Made by a program: the position numbers and the translations under genes. Below are positions 12,632 through 22,787 of a stretch of DNA of 64,000 nucleotides, in pieces. Source of the DNA: Anaeromyxobacter sp. (lineage in GTDB: Bacteria > Myxococcota > Myxococcia > Myxococcales > Anaeromyxobacteraceae); the NCBI GenBank assembly GCA_049840735.1, contig JASGJN010000007.1:128001-192000 (forward strand), read 5' to 3'. Each line of letters opens with the position of its first letter. Positions within the stretch are counted from its first letter, which is position 1. The notes under the pieces were generated by a model that saw only the letters and a program-made list of their open reading frames with translations, was not told where the DNA came from and searched no databases.

Positions 12632-14050
12632 TCACGAGGCCAGCCGGCCCGCCTCCGCCGGGCGCGGCTGGGCCGCAGCCGGCGCGCCGGCAGCGCGCAT
12701 GTCGCCCACCGCGCGGCGCGACGGGCCCAAGAGCTCCAGCAGCCCGCGGGCGGAGGCCTGGCGGATGAACTCGTAGCGGTCGAGCTCCAGCGCCGCCAGC
12801 AGCGACTGGGCCAGCCGCGCCAGGCTGGCCTGCTCGCGCCGGCCGGCCTCGGCGGCCCGGCGCGCCACCACCAGCGCGCGGGCGGCCACGTCGCGCAGCC
12901 GGCGCCGGGTCAGCTCGCGATCCAGCTCCAGGTCGCGCCGCTCCTCCTCGGCCCACTCCAGCTCCTCCAGCCGCCGCGCCCGCTCCGCCAGCGCCCCGGC
13001 GCGCTGCCGGTCCCAGGCCAGCGCCGCCGCCAGCGCGGCGTGGCGCCGCTCGCGGTCGCCCGTCGCGGCGTGCACCAGCAGGCTGGCGCCCACCGGGACC
13101 ACGCACAGCAGCAGCACCGCGGCCCAGGCCGGCACCGCCGGACCCTCGCCGGGCAGGGCCACCACCGCCGCCGCGACCAGCGCGATCAGCACCACCGCCG
13201 AGGCCAGCGCCGCGCCCAGCCAGCCGCGGCGGCGCGGCTCGGCCGGCGCAGCGGCCAGCGCCCCGGCGGCGCGGAGCGCGGCGTGCACCAGCGTGAAGAG
13301 CCCGGCGGCCACGCCGAGCGCGAACAGCAGCGTGAAGATCACCTCCGGCGGCCGGGCCGCCAGCTCGGCCCGCAGCCGGTGCGGGTCCAGTCCGGCGGCC
13401 CGCAGCAGCGGCAGCGCCACCTGCCAGGTGGTGGCGGCCAGCCCGGCGCCGGCCAGGGTCAGCAGGACCGCCTCCGAGAGCGCGCTGCGCCCCGGCGGCC
13501 GGCCCAGCTGCTCGGCGGTGGCCTCGATGGGCGGGCCGGACAGCGCGCCGCAGGCCACGTCCGCGGCCAGCCGCCGCTCCAGCGCCTCGGCCCGCTGCCG
13601 CGCCTCGTCGGACTCCGCCTCCAGCGCCGCCAGCCGGACCTCGAGCGCGTGCACCTCTTCGCGCACCGCGGGCCCCTCCGCGGCGGCCAGCGGCGCGAGC
13701 CAGGCGTCCGGGCCCGCGTCGGCCGCGGCCGGCGGCGACGGCGGGGCGACGCTCACGCGCAGCTCGCCGTCCACCACGCCCAGCTCCAGCCCCAGCCGCT
13801 CGCGCGCCACCGGCAGCGCCGCCAGGTAGCGGGCCAGGCGCGAGCGCAGGTAGTCGTCCAGCGTCACCCCGGCCGCCACCGAGAGCCGGGCCTGCCAGAA
13901 GGCGGCCAGCCAGCTCCGGCGCAGCGGATCGATGCGCGCAGGGCGGGGGCGAGGCGGGGGGCGGTCGGCCGGGAGGCCGAGCCAGGAGCGCGCGCGCCGC
14001 GCGAGGGTGGCCGGGGTTTCTGCGGCGGGGCGGTGGTGCACCTCGAGCAC
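12632..14050 (-). CDS. Uncharacterised membrane / coiled-coil protein (paralog B)
   Basis: GGAGG precedes the GTG at 14050. Motifs GVTLDDYLRSRLARY, ALAWDR and SLLAALELDRYEF match paralog A. Confidence 0.7.
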   Translation of the reverse strand: MLEVHHRPAAETPATLARRARSWLGLPADRPPPRPRPARIDPLRRSWLAAFWQARLSVAAGVTLDDYLRSRLARYLAALPVARERLGLELGVVDGELRVSVAPPSPPAAADAGPDAWLAPLAAAEGPAVREEVHALEVRLAALEAESDEARQRAEALERRLAADVACGALSGPPIEATAEQLGRPPGRSALSEAVLLTLAGAGLAATTWQVALPLLRAAGLDPHRLRAELAARPPEVIFTLLFALGVAAGLFTLVHAALRAAGALAAAPAEPRRRGWLGAALASAVVLIALVAAAVVALPGEGPAVPAWAAVLLLCVVPVGASLLVHAATGDRERRHAALAAALAWDRQRAGALAERARRLEELEWAEEERRDLELDRELTRRRLRDVAARALVVARRAAEAGRREQASLARLAQSLLAALELDRYEFIRQASARGLLELLGPSRRAVGDMRAAGAPAAAQPRPAEAGRLAS

Positions 14051-14212
14051 GGCGGACCTCCCTAGGTCCCTGGTAAGCACTCCAACGTCCGGTGGCCCGT
14101 CCCTCCCTGGGCCGGGCAGGCGAGCGCAGCCTCCATCGGCCCACCCGCGGCCTCGTCCCGCGGCCATGGGGCACAGGCCGGCTGCCCTGCGCTTCGGATA
14201 CACTCGGGCGGC

Positions 14213-14551
14213 ATGTCGGAGCAGGACGCCTCGCGCTGGACGTTGATCTCGGTCCTCTTCTCCTCGGTGCCGCTCTCCGCCTCGCTGGCGGCGACGCTGC
14301 ACCAGACGGCGCTGGACCTCTACCGCAAGGACGAGCCGCAGAGTCCGGTGGGGGGCGACCTGGTCACGGGCCGTGTGGTCAACCTGCGCAAGACCATGCA
14401 GCTCGGGGCCATCAGCGGTCCCGCCTTCGAGGCCAGGCTCGAGACCGAGCGCGGGAGCGGCACCGTGAGATACCTGCTCACGCGCCAGGGGCTGGAGCTG
14501 ATGGGGCTGGGAGATCCCGCCCCGGTGACCCGCCCCAAGTACCTGAACTGA
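14213..14551 (+). CDS. Hypothetical protein (112 aa)
   Basis: Clean ORF with globular-protein composition and GC3-rich codons. Confidence 0.6.
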   Translation: MSEQDASRWTLISVLFSSVPLSASLAATLHQTALDLYRKDEPQSPVGGDLVTGRVVNLRKTMQLGAISGPAFEARLETERGSGTVRYLLTRQGLELMGLGDPAPVTRPKYLN

Positions 14552-14615
14552 GCCGAGGCCGGCGAGGAGCCGCGTCCCTCGATCCCACGAGGGCAGCGCT
14601 GCCCCCACTCGGGCT

Positions 14616-15002
14616 ATGTTCCCCGGCCGAGTGACGCGACCGCGGATCCTCATCATCGAGGACGATCAGGACGTGCGCGAGGCGCTGGCCGAGGCCATCC
14701 GCGACGCCGGCGTCCAGGTCGAGCTGGCCACCGACGGCCTGGACGGCCTCGAGCGCCTGCACGCCGGCGCCGCGCCCGGCGCGATCCTGCTCGACCTGCG
14801 CATGCCGCGGCTGGGAGGCGAGGAGTTCCTGCGCCAGCTGCGCACCGACCCGCGCTACGACGCCGTGCCGGTCATCACCATGACCGGCGGGCCGGACCGG
14901 GCACCGGCGCCGGGCGGCGTGGCCCACCTCCAGAAGCCGTTCGACCTGGAGGATTCGATGGGGATCGTGCTGTCGCTCTACGAGACGGCGCCCGAGGCCT
15001 GA
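14616..15002 (+). CDS. Single-domain response regulator
   Basis: ILIIEDD, DLRMP, TG, KPFD. Confidence 0.88.
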   Translation: MFPGRVTRPRILIIEDDQDVREALAEAIRDAGVQVELATDGLDGLERLHAGAAPGAILLDLRMPRLGGEEFLRQLRTDPRYDAVPVITMTGGPDRAPAPGGVAHLQKPFDLEDSMGIVLSLYETAPEA

Positions 15003-15160
15003 CGGCCGGCCTCGTTCACCCCAGGTCACATCACCAGCCGCCCGAGGCCTCCCCCTCCGGCCCCCCGCGCTGCGGGCGGCCCGGCAGCCTTTGATGGGCT
15101 GGCGGGATCCCGTCCGGGCGAGCGGGTCGCAGCGTGTCGTCCGGGAAGGGGACGGACCCG

Positions 15161-17243
15161 ATGATGGACGCGTCAATCTGCGGGCGGGGGGACGAGCCCC
15201 GCGCCGGGCGGAGGCTGTGGCGGTTCGCGGCGGTGGGCGCCTCCGGCGTGGCCGTCAACCTGGCGGCGCTCCACCTGCTCGCCGCCGGCCTGGGCCTCCC
15301 CGAGCTGGCGGCCTCGGCGCTGGCCATCGAGGCCAGCGTGCTCTCCAACTTCGCGCTCCACACCCGGTTCACCTTCGGTGACCGCGCCGGCCCGGGGGGC
15401 CTGGGGCGGCTGATGCGCTACCACGCGGTGAGCGCGGTGGGGATCGCGCTGCAGCTCGCCACCTTCGCCGCCGCGGCGCTCCTCTCGGCGCAGCTGCTGG
15501 GCCGGCCGGCGCTGGGGGCCTGGCGCTACCCGGCCCAGCTCCTGGGGGTGGTGCTGGGCTTCGGCTGGAGCTTCGTCGCCTCGAGCCGCTGGGCCTGGGC
15601 GCCGGCGCCGGCCGTGCCGGGTCCGCCGGCCCGCCTCGAGCCGGCGGCGCTGCTCTTCTGGGCGCTGCTGCTGCTCCACCTGGTGCCGATCTGGGCGGTG
15701 GCCTACCTGCCGACGCAGGACGGGCCGCTGCACGTGGAGAACGTGCTGGCGCTGCTCCGCCACGAGGCCTCGCCGCTCCTGCGGCAGTGGTACGTCGCGA
15801 ACTGGGGCGCGCAGCCCAACTGGCTCACCCAGGCGCTGATCGCGCCGCTGCTGCAGGTGGTCTCGCCGGCGGTGGCGGAGAAGGTGGTCCTGACCGGCTA
15901 CACCGTCCTCTTCCCGCTCGGCCTCCGGGTCGCGCTGCCGGCCGGCCGGCGCGGCTGGTGGGCGGCGCTGGCCGCCTTCCCCTTCGTGCACGCCTACCCG
16001 TTCTACATGGGCTTCTGGAACTTCTGCTACGGCCTGGCGCTGGCGTTCCTGGCGGCGGGGTTCTGGGCCCGAACGCGCGGCCGCATGACGCCGGGGCGGA
16101 TGGCGGTGCTGGCGGCCCTGTCGGTGCTGCTCTACCTGGCCCACCTGGTGGCCTTCGGCGGCGCGCTGGTGGCGGTGGCCTGCCTCTCGGTGGTCCGGGC
16201 GGCCACGGCCTGGCGGCGCTCGGCGCGCCACCCCGCCTTCCGCGCCGTGGTGCGGCGCGCCTGGACGCTGCGGGCCGCGGTGGGGCTGGTCACCGCCGGC
16301 CCGGGGCTGGCGCTCCTGGCCGCCTGGCTGCTGGCCCACCGCGATCGCGCCTCGGCCCGCATCCCGCTGCCGGAGCTGGTCGCCAAGCTGGCCGCCGGCT
16401 ACGCCATGGTCTCGCTCGACCGGCGAGAGGTCTTCCTGGCGGCTGCGGTCTCGCTGGTGCTGGCGGTGACGGCGGTTCACCTGCTGCTGCTCCGCGCCTC
16501 CTGGTCGCGCAAGCTGCGCCCCGCCGACGGCTGGCTCCTGGCGGCAGCGGTCTTCGCCGTCCTCTACTTCGCCATCCCGGACGTCGTGGCGGCGGGCGCC
16601 CACGTCTCCGACCGGCTGGCCCTCCTGTCCTTCCTCTCGCTGGTGGCCTGGATCGGCGCGCGCTTCGCGCCGGAGGCCTCGGTCCGCCGCACCGCCATCG
16701 CGCTGACCGCTCTGGCGGTGGCGGCGCTGGCGGTCCGGCTCCAGAAGCAGCGGGAGCTCTCCGGGTACCTCGAGGAGTTCGTCTCGGCCTCGCAGGCGGT
16801 GGGGCCGGACAGCGTGCTCCTGCCGCTGGCCTTCGCGCCGCACGGGCCGCGCGACGCCGACGGGCGGCGCATGGGGTACCGGATTCAAGCCGTTCCTGCA
16901 CGCCACAGGCTGGATCGTGGCGGCGCGGGGCGGGGTGGACCTCAAGAACAGCCAGGCCAACACCGATCAGTGCCCGGTCCGCTGGCCGGCGGGGCGGAAC
17001 CCGTTCTCCACCATCGCCGCCTCGCTGGGGCGGATGGAGGGGATGCCACCCTGCGTGGACCTGCGCCGGACGCCGGGCGGCGGGCGGATCGACTACGTGC
17101 TGACCTGGGGGGCCACCCGCGAGCTGCTGGACACGCCCTGCGGCGCGGCGCTGGCGGAGGACCTCTCCCGGCGCTACGAGCCGGTCTTCCTGTCGGAGCC
17201 GCGCGGCTTGCTGGAGGTCTGGAGGCCGCGGGCGGGGCGGTGA
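15161..17243 (+). CDS. GtrA-family N-terminal domain fused to a multi-TM membrane (GT-C-like) domain (frameshift near 16885)
   Basis: GtrA motifs RFAAVGASGVAVN and SNFALHTRFTF. Then YLPTQDGPLH, PNW, MGFWNF and many TM segments. The C-terminus is in ORF 16917..17243. Confidence 0.7.
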
Positions 17244-17302
17244 GGCGCGCGCGCCGACGATGCGGCGCTTCCATTCTTCGTCCGACTGGACCGTGTCCCT
17301 CT

Positions 17303-17348
17303 CGGGCTGAACGTAGCAAGCCCGCAGGGCTTGCGGAGCCGAAGCCCA
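17303..17348. repeat. REP-like element, single copy
   Basis: GGGCTGAACGTAGC-AAGCCC-GCA-GGGCTT-GCGGAGCCGAAGCCC. Confidence 0.75.
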
Positions 17349-17367
17349 GGGGTGGAGCGGAAGAGGC

Positions 17368-18027
17368 TCAGACCGGCCCCTGGTCGTCATCGACCAGCGC
17401 GCCCGTCTTCCAGCCCAGCCGGATGGAGAGCATCCGCACCGAGAACGCCACCGCGATGCCCACCGGCGCGGCCAGCGCCGGCTGCACTTCCAGGTGGACC
17501 GAGAGCACGATGAACGCCGAGCAGCCGGCCAGCGCCGCCAGGGCGTAGAACTCTCCCGGCTTGAACATGAGCGGCTCGTCGCGCACCAGCACGTCGCGCA
17601 CCAGGCCGCCGCCCACCGCGTTCACCACCCCGACCAGCGTGGCGGTGAGGAGCGGCAGCTGCAGCGCGATGGACTTCTGCGCGCCGATCACCGCGTACAT
17701 GCCCAGCGCCAGCGCGTCGGCCAGCACGAAGAGGAGCTTCAACCGGTGCATGTGGCGGGCGAAGTAGGCGCCCACCCCGGCGCCGGCCAGCACGCCCAGG
17801 AGGTAGCGGCCGTCGGTGATCACCGCCGGCGGGCCGCCCTGCAGGAACAGGCCGTCGCGCAGCAGCGCGCCGCCCAGGCCGGTCACGAAGGCCAGCACCA
17901 GCACGCCCACCAGGTCGTACCGCTTGCGCATCGCGGCCAGCGCCCCGGTGATGGCGAACAGGAAGGTGGCGGCCAGGTCGAAGGCGACCGGGAGGTGGAA
18001 CGGGCCGGTGAGGAGCGGCGGGTGCAC
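17368..18027 (-). CDS. TRIC cation channel family (UPF0126) membrane protein
   Basis: FAITGALAA, GLGGALLRD, DALALG and GGGLVRDVL form the duplicated repeat of this family. Confidence 0.88.
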   Translation of the reverse strand: MHPPLLTGPFHLPVAFDLAATFLFAITGALAAMRKRYDLVGVLVLAFVTGLGGALLRDGLFLQGGPPAVITDGRYLLGVLAGAGVGAYFARHMHRLKLLFVLADALALGMYAVIGAQKSIALQLPLLTATLVGVVNAVGGGLVRDVLVRDEPLMFKPGEFYALAALAGCSAFIVLSVHLEVQPALAAPVGIAVAFSVRMLSIRLGWKTGALVDDDQGPV

Positions 18028-18100
18028 AGGCGCTTCTTAGCACGCCGTGCGGCGGCGGGCGCGGACGAGGGCGGGCCGGATCCGCTATCCTGCGCGGCCG

Positions 18101-18820
18101 ATGAGCCCCGCCCCGCCCCCGATCCGGATCGTCCTGCTCCGGCCCCGCAACCCGGAGAACCTGGGGGCGGTGGCGCGCGCCATGAAGAACTTCGGCCTGG
18201 ACGACTGGGCCATCGCCGAGCTGGGCACGCACGACTTCGCCGCCATGCGCCGGGTGGCGGTGCACGCCGAGGACCTGCTGGACCGGCCGCGGCTGGTCCG
18301 GACCCTGGACGAGGCGGTGGCTGACTGCGCCTGGGTGGTGGGCACCAGCTCGCGCAGCGTCCCGGGCAAGCGGCGGCTGGCGCCGGCGGCGGTGGCCTCC
18401 GAGGCGCTGGCCCGCGCCGGCGAGGGGCGGACGGCGATCGTGTTCGGGGACGAGCGGAGCGGCCTCACCAACGAGGAGGTCCACCGCTGCCATGACCTGT
18501 CGGCGGTGCCGACCGATCCGGCCCAGCCGTCCATCAACCTGGCGCAGGCGGTGCTGCTCTATGCCTACGAGGTCCGGCGCGCGGCGCTGGCCGCCGCGCC
18601 GCCCCCGGTGCGGCCGGCGGAGGGGGCCACCGACGCCGAGCTGGCGGCGGTGGAGGAGGCGCTGCGCCAGGCGCTCCGCGAGGGCGGCTTCCTGCGCGGG
18701 CCGGAGCGGCACGGCGTGCGAGATTCGATGGCGGCCCTGCGCCGGGCCCGGCTCTCGCGCCGCGAGGCGAAGCTCTGGATCGCGGCGATGCGGATGATGG
18801 GGAAGGGGCGGGGCGAGTGA
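18101..18820 (+). CDS. trmJ: TrmJ/LasT-family tRNA/rRNA methyltransferase (SPOUT)
   Basis: PENLGAVARAMKNFG, VFGDERSGLTNEE, SINLAQAV. Confidence 0.85.
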   Translation: MSPAPPPIRIVLLRPRNPENLGAVARAMKNFGLDDWAIAELGTHDFAAMRRVAVHAEDLLDRPRLVRTLDEAVADCAWVVGTSSRSVPGKRRLAPAAVASEALARAGEGRTAIVFGDERSGLTNEEVHRCHDLSAVPTDPAQPSINLAQAVLLYAYEVRRAALAAAPPPVRPAEGATDAELAAVEEALRQALREGGFLRGPERHGVRDSMAALRRARLSRREAKLWIAAMRMMGKGRGE

Positions 18821-18880
18821 GCCAGCTCCGCGTCAGGGAAGCCTGACAGCGCCCAGAGGCGTGCGGGCAGCTGGCCCGCC

Positions 18881-18936
18881 CCGGTCATGCTGAGCGTAGC
18901 TCGCCCGGAGGGCGAGCGGAGTCGAAGCACGACCGG
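18881..18936. repeat. REP-like element, single copy
   Basis: CCGGTCATGCTGAGCGTAGC-TCGCCC-GGA-GGGCGA-GCGGAGTCGAAGCACGACCGG. Confidence 0.8.
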
Positions 18937-18949
18937 GGGACCGCCCCCG

Positions 18950-19741
18950 TCAGATCCACCCGCCGTCGATCACGTAGGTCTGGTTGGTCATGGCCGCGCT
19001 GTCCTCGGCGCCCAGGAACAGGACCAGCGGCGCCACATCCTCCGGCACCAGCAGCCGCGGCACGCACTGCCGCGACAGCACCTCGCGCTCGTAGTCGGGC
19101 GTCATCCAGAGCCGGCGCTGCCGTTCGGTGAGGATCGCGCCGGGCAGCACCGCGTTGACCCGGATCCCCTGGCCGCCCAGCGCGTGGGCCAGCGAGCGGG
19201 TCATCCCCACCAGCGCCGCCTTGGCGGTGACGTACACGTGCAGGTCGGGGGAGGGGATCATCCAGGCGATGGAGCTCATGTTGACGATTGACCCGCCGCC
19301 GGCCCGGGCCATGCCGGGCGCCACCGCCTGGGCAGCGAAGAACTGGTGCTTGAGGTTCACGGCGATGCCGGCGTCCCAGCCCTCCGGCGTGACCTCCTCC
19401 AGCTTGTGCCGGTCGTCGCGGGCGGCGTTGTTGACCAGCGTCCGCACCGGCCCCAGGCCCGCCTCGATCTCGGCGATGGCCCGCTGCAGCGCGGCGGTGT
19501 CGGTGAGATTGCAGGGCAGGAAGCGCGGCGCGTGGGCCGCGCCGGGGGCGAGCCGCGCCGCCAGCGCCTCGCCGGCCTCGCGGGCCACGTCCAGGAAGGC
19601 CACCTTCGCGCCCTGGCGCGCGAAGGCCTCCACCAGGCAGGCGCCGATGCCGGTGGCGCCGCCGGTGACCAGCGCCACGCGATCGCGCAGGGTGGGGAAC
19701 TGGGCGGCGGTGCCGGCTGTGGTGGGGGCGCTCGGGCTCAT
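18950..19741 (-). CDS. SDR family oxidoreductase (sugar/xylose dehydrogenase-like)
   Basis: TGGATGIG, NNAARDDRH, catalytic YVTAK, PGAILTERQ. Confidence 0.85.
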   Translation of the reverse strand: MSPSAPTTAGTAAQFPTLRDRVALVTGGATGIGACLVEAFARQGAKVAFLDVAREAGEALAARLAPGAAHAPRFLPCNLTDTAALQRAIAEIEAGLGPVRTLVNNAARDDRHKLEEVTPEGWDAGIAVNLKHQFFAAQAVAPGMARAGGGSIVNMSSIAWMIPSPDLHVYVTAKAALVGMTRSLAHALGGQGIRVNAVLPGAILTERQRRLWMTPDYEREVLSRQCVPRLLVPEDVAPLVLFLGAEDSAAMTNQTYVIDGGWI

Positions 19742-19772
19742 GGGCCCGTTCTGGCGCGGGCGGGCGGGGCGG

Positions 19773-20612
19773 TCAAGGGGCGCGAACCCCCGCCACGCGC
19801 GCCCACGCCTCGCCCACCCGCCCCAGCGCGGCGCCGCCCGGCGCCTCCACCACGATCGACGCCGCGGCCGCGCCCAGCCGGGCGGCCTCCACCGGCTCCG
19901 CGCCGCCCGCCAGCGCGAGCATGAACCCGGCCGCGAAGACGTCGCCGGCGCCGGTCGGATCCACCTCGGCGGTGGCGTAGGCGCCCACCCAGCGGCTCCG
20001 GCCGCCCTCCAGCAGCTCGCAGCCGCGGGCGCCGTGGGTGAACACCACCCGCGGCACCGCCCGCTGCAGCAGCTCGAGCAGCCCGGGCTGGCCGCGCACC
20101 TCGTCCTCGCCCACGAAGACCACGTCCACGCCGTCGAGCCAGCCCGCGGGCGGGTTCCAGGGCGGCTGCAGCACGCGGCCATCCGCCGCCACCACCCGCA
20201 GGAGCCCCTGCACGCCCAGCCCCGCCAGCGGCGCGCCGGCCGCGGCCAGGAAGGCGGGCACGTCCAGCTCGGCCAGCACCGGCGCCAGCAGCAGCGCGTC
20301 CGGCCCGCGCCACGCGGCCGGCAGCGCGGCGGCCTCGAGCGGCGGGGCGGCCGAGCCCACGCGCTGGGTGCGGGCGCCGTCCGGTCCGTGCCGGTTCTCG
20401 AAGCGGGTGGTGGCCGGGGCGGGCAGGACGCGCGCCTCCAGACCGTCGAGCGCGGACGCCGGGAAGTCGGCCGCGGCGGCGGTCAGCACCTGCACCCGGG
20501 CCCCCAGGGCCCGCAGCGCCTGCCCGCCGTAGTAGACCGAGCCGCCCGGCGCCGGGCCGGCGGGGGTCGCGTCCAGGGTGACGTGACCCACCGTGAGCAC
20601 CCGCGGGCTCAC
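19773..20612 (-). CDS. PfkB-family carbohydrate kinase
   Basis: PGGSVYY and the C-terminal signature VDPTGAGDVFAAGF. Confidence 0.85.
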   Translation of the reverse strand: MSPRVLTVGHVTLDATPAGPAPGGSVYYGGQALRALGARVQVLTAAAADFPASALDGLEARVLPAPATTRFENRHGPDGARTQRVGSAAPPLEAAALPAAWRGPDALLLAPVLAELDVPAFLAAAGAPLAGLGVQGLLRVVAADGRVLQPPWNPPAGWLDGVDVVFVGEDEVRGQPGLLELLQRAVPRVVFTHGARGCELLEGGRSRWVGAYATAEVDPTGAGDVFAAGFMLALAGGAEPVEAARLGAAAASIVVEAPGGAALGRVGEAWARVAGVRAP

Positions 20613-21283
20613 GCGCCCTCCGGCAGGATGCGCAGCACCCGGGCCGCCTTCACGGCGGTGGCCTCGATGTCGAGCGTGGTTGGCACCTCATGGCTGGCCA
20701 GCACCTCGAAGCCGCCGGCCGGCGCGTAGCTGCGGCCCGCGTCGCCTGCCAGCACCGTCACGCCCTGCGCCGCCAGCGCCCGGAACCAGCGCAGCGAGCG
20801 CTCGGCCAGGGCCCGCTCGTAGAACACGTCCCCGGCCAGCAGCAGCTGGCAGCCGGGGAGCGGCCGGCCGATGGCGTCCCCCAGCGCGAAGGCCAGCGCC
20901 ACGCCGTTCCGCTCCGCGTTGAGCGCGATGGCGGCGGCGCAGAACGGGTCCTGGTCCAGCGCCAGCACCGAGCGCGCCCCGGCGCGCGCCGCGGCGATGC
21001 CCACCAGGCCGCTGCCGGAGGCGAAGTCCACCACCGCGCGGCCGGCCGCCAGCGCCGGGTGATCCAGCAGGTGGCGCGCCAGCGCCTGGCCGCCGGCCCA
21101 GGGATAGGCCCAGAACGGCGTGTCGCTCCAGGCCGCCGGCGCGGCGGCGGTGGCGTGCCAGAGCGGGGTCAGCTCGCCGGCCTGCAGCAGCGTCAGCTCC
21201 GGCACCAGCGGGACCGGCGCGGGGGCGGTGCGGGCCAGGACGAGCTCGCGCAGCGCCGCGGGGCCGAGGTCGGGGTCGGTCAT
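20609..21283 (-). CDS. Class I SAM-dependent protein lysine methyltransferase (PrmA/METTL20-like)
   Basis: PFWAYPWAGGQALAR, DFASGSGL, GDVFYE. Confidence 0.8.
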   Translation of the reverse strand: MTDPDLGPAALRELVLARTAPAPVPLVPELTLLQAGELTPLWHATAAAPAAWSDTPFWAYPWAGGQALARHLLDHPALAAGRAVVDFASGSGLVGIAAARAGARSVLALDQDPFCAAAIALNAERNGVALAFALGDAIGRPLPGCQLLLAGDVFYERALAERSLRWFRALAAQGVTVLAGDAGRSYAPAGGFEVLASHEVPTTLDIEATAVKAARVLRILPEGA

Positions 21284-21315
21284 CGGGCGCACGCTCCGCC
21301 GGAACCGCGCGCCGG

Positions 21316-22264
21316 TCAAGGGGGCGCGAGCACCCGCAGCGCCCCCGGGCGCAGCGCGAAGCGGGCCGGGGTCTGGCCCGCGGGCTCGCCGTCGGCCACC
21401 AGCGCCTGCGGCGGGTCGGTCTCCGACCACCACCACGCGCCCGCGGCGGCGCACGACCGCCGGATCCTCCAGGTGCCTCCCGCGCAGCAGCCGCGCGCCG
21501 TAGCGGGCCAGCCGGGCCAGGTCGCGCAGCCGCGCCTCGCCCTCCGCCCCCGCCGCCGCCTCCACCACGTAGACGTCCAGCCGGTGATCGTCGAGCCGCG
21601 CGTCCGGCGCGACCAGGTGGCCGCCGCCGTGGTAGCGGCCGTTGCCGACCAACACTTGAAGTGCCTCGTGCTCGCCCTGCTCGCCGTCCACGCCGAGCCG
21701 CACGCGGAAGGGCCGGGCCTCGGCGGCGGCGACCGCGCTGGCCACCGGGTAGGCCAGCGGACCGGCGGTGCGCTTGAGGCCGCCGTGGAGCCGGCGCGTC
21801 ACCGCCGCGGCCAGCCCGGCGGCGGCCGCGTTGAGGAAGGGGCGCCCGTTCACCTCGGCCAGGTCGATGTCCCGCACCTCGCCCGCCGCGAGCGCGCGGG
21901 CCGCCGCGCGCAGGTCGTGGATGGGCAGCCCCAGCCCGCGGGCGAGGTCGTTGCCGGTCCCCATGGGCAGCACGCCGAGCGGCACGCCGGTGCCGGCCAG
22001 GACCGCCGCGGCCGCCGACTGCGTGCCGTCGCCGCCGCCCACCACCACCCGCTCGGCGCCGCTCCGCAGCGCCTCCCGGAGCCGCTCCGGCAGCGCCTCG
22101 GGATCGTCCAGCGCCTCGGCCGCCGCCAGCAGGAAGCCGGCCCGCACCAGCTCCTCCCGCGCCCGCTCGAACAGCGCCTGGCCACGCCGCGCCGCGGCGT
22201 TGACCAGCAGGACGGTCCGGGGCGCCGGGGAGTCCTTCCCCTGGTCCGCCGGCCCGTGGAACAT
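21316..22264 (-). CDS. Diacylglycerol/lipid kinase family, YegS-like (frameshift near 21420)
   Basis: GGGDGT, PMGTGNDLAR, GNGRYHGGG, and C-terminal ADGE..RPGALRVLAP in the shifted frame. Confidence 0.85.
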
Positions 22265-22390
22265 CGCTGGCTTGCCCACGCCTGCAGGGTGAGTCCCTTG
22301 CCGCGCCCGGGCGAGGCCCGCCCGGGCGGCTCCGGCTGGGATGCGTCGAGACGGTTGCACCCTCGGTGGGGGAGCAGCAAGGTCACAGGC

Positions 22391-22768
22391 ATGGCCACCG
22401 TGCGCCCAGAGGAACGCCGCCGCTTCTCGCGCGTCCCCTACCAGTCCCCGGCCCAGCTGCTGATCGGGACCCGGAGCTTCGTCTGCGGGGTGCACGACGT
22501 GTCGCTCAAGGGCGTCCTCCTGGACAGCCCCGGCCCTGGGCGCGCCAAGCTGGGCCAGCCCTGCCGCGTGGTGATCGACCTGGGCGGCGGCGGCGAGGTG
22601 ATCCAGCTGCAGGGCACGGTGGCCCACGTCGAGGCCGGCACGGTGGGCGTGCGCTGCACCGGCATCGATCTCGAGGGGCTGAGCCGGCTGCGCCGCCTGC
22701 TGGAGCTGAACCTGGGCGACGAGGCGCTCCTGCACCGCGAGCTGGGCGCGCTGGTGCGGAGCCATTGA
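22391..22768 (+). CDS. PilZ domain protein
   Basis: RRFSR (RxxxR) and DVSLKG (DxSxxG). Confidence 0.85.
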   Translation: MATVRPEERRRFSRVPYQSPAQLLIGTRSFVCGVHDVSLKGVLLDSPGPGRAKLGQPCRVVIDLGGGGEVIQLQGTVAHVEAGTVGVRCTGIDLEGLSRLRRLLELNLGDEALLHRELGALVRSH

Positions 22769-22787
22769 GGCCTCGCCGCTGGCCTCG

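Noticed and set aside
5752..18936. CRISPR array interpretation of the repeated palindromes
   Set aside because: The copies are dispersed over kilobases, have no regular spacers, and no cas genes are present.
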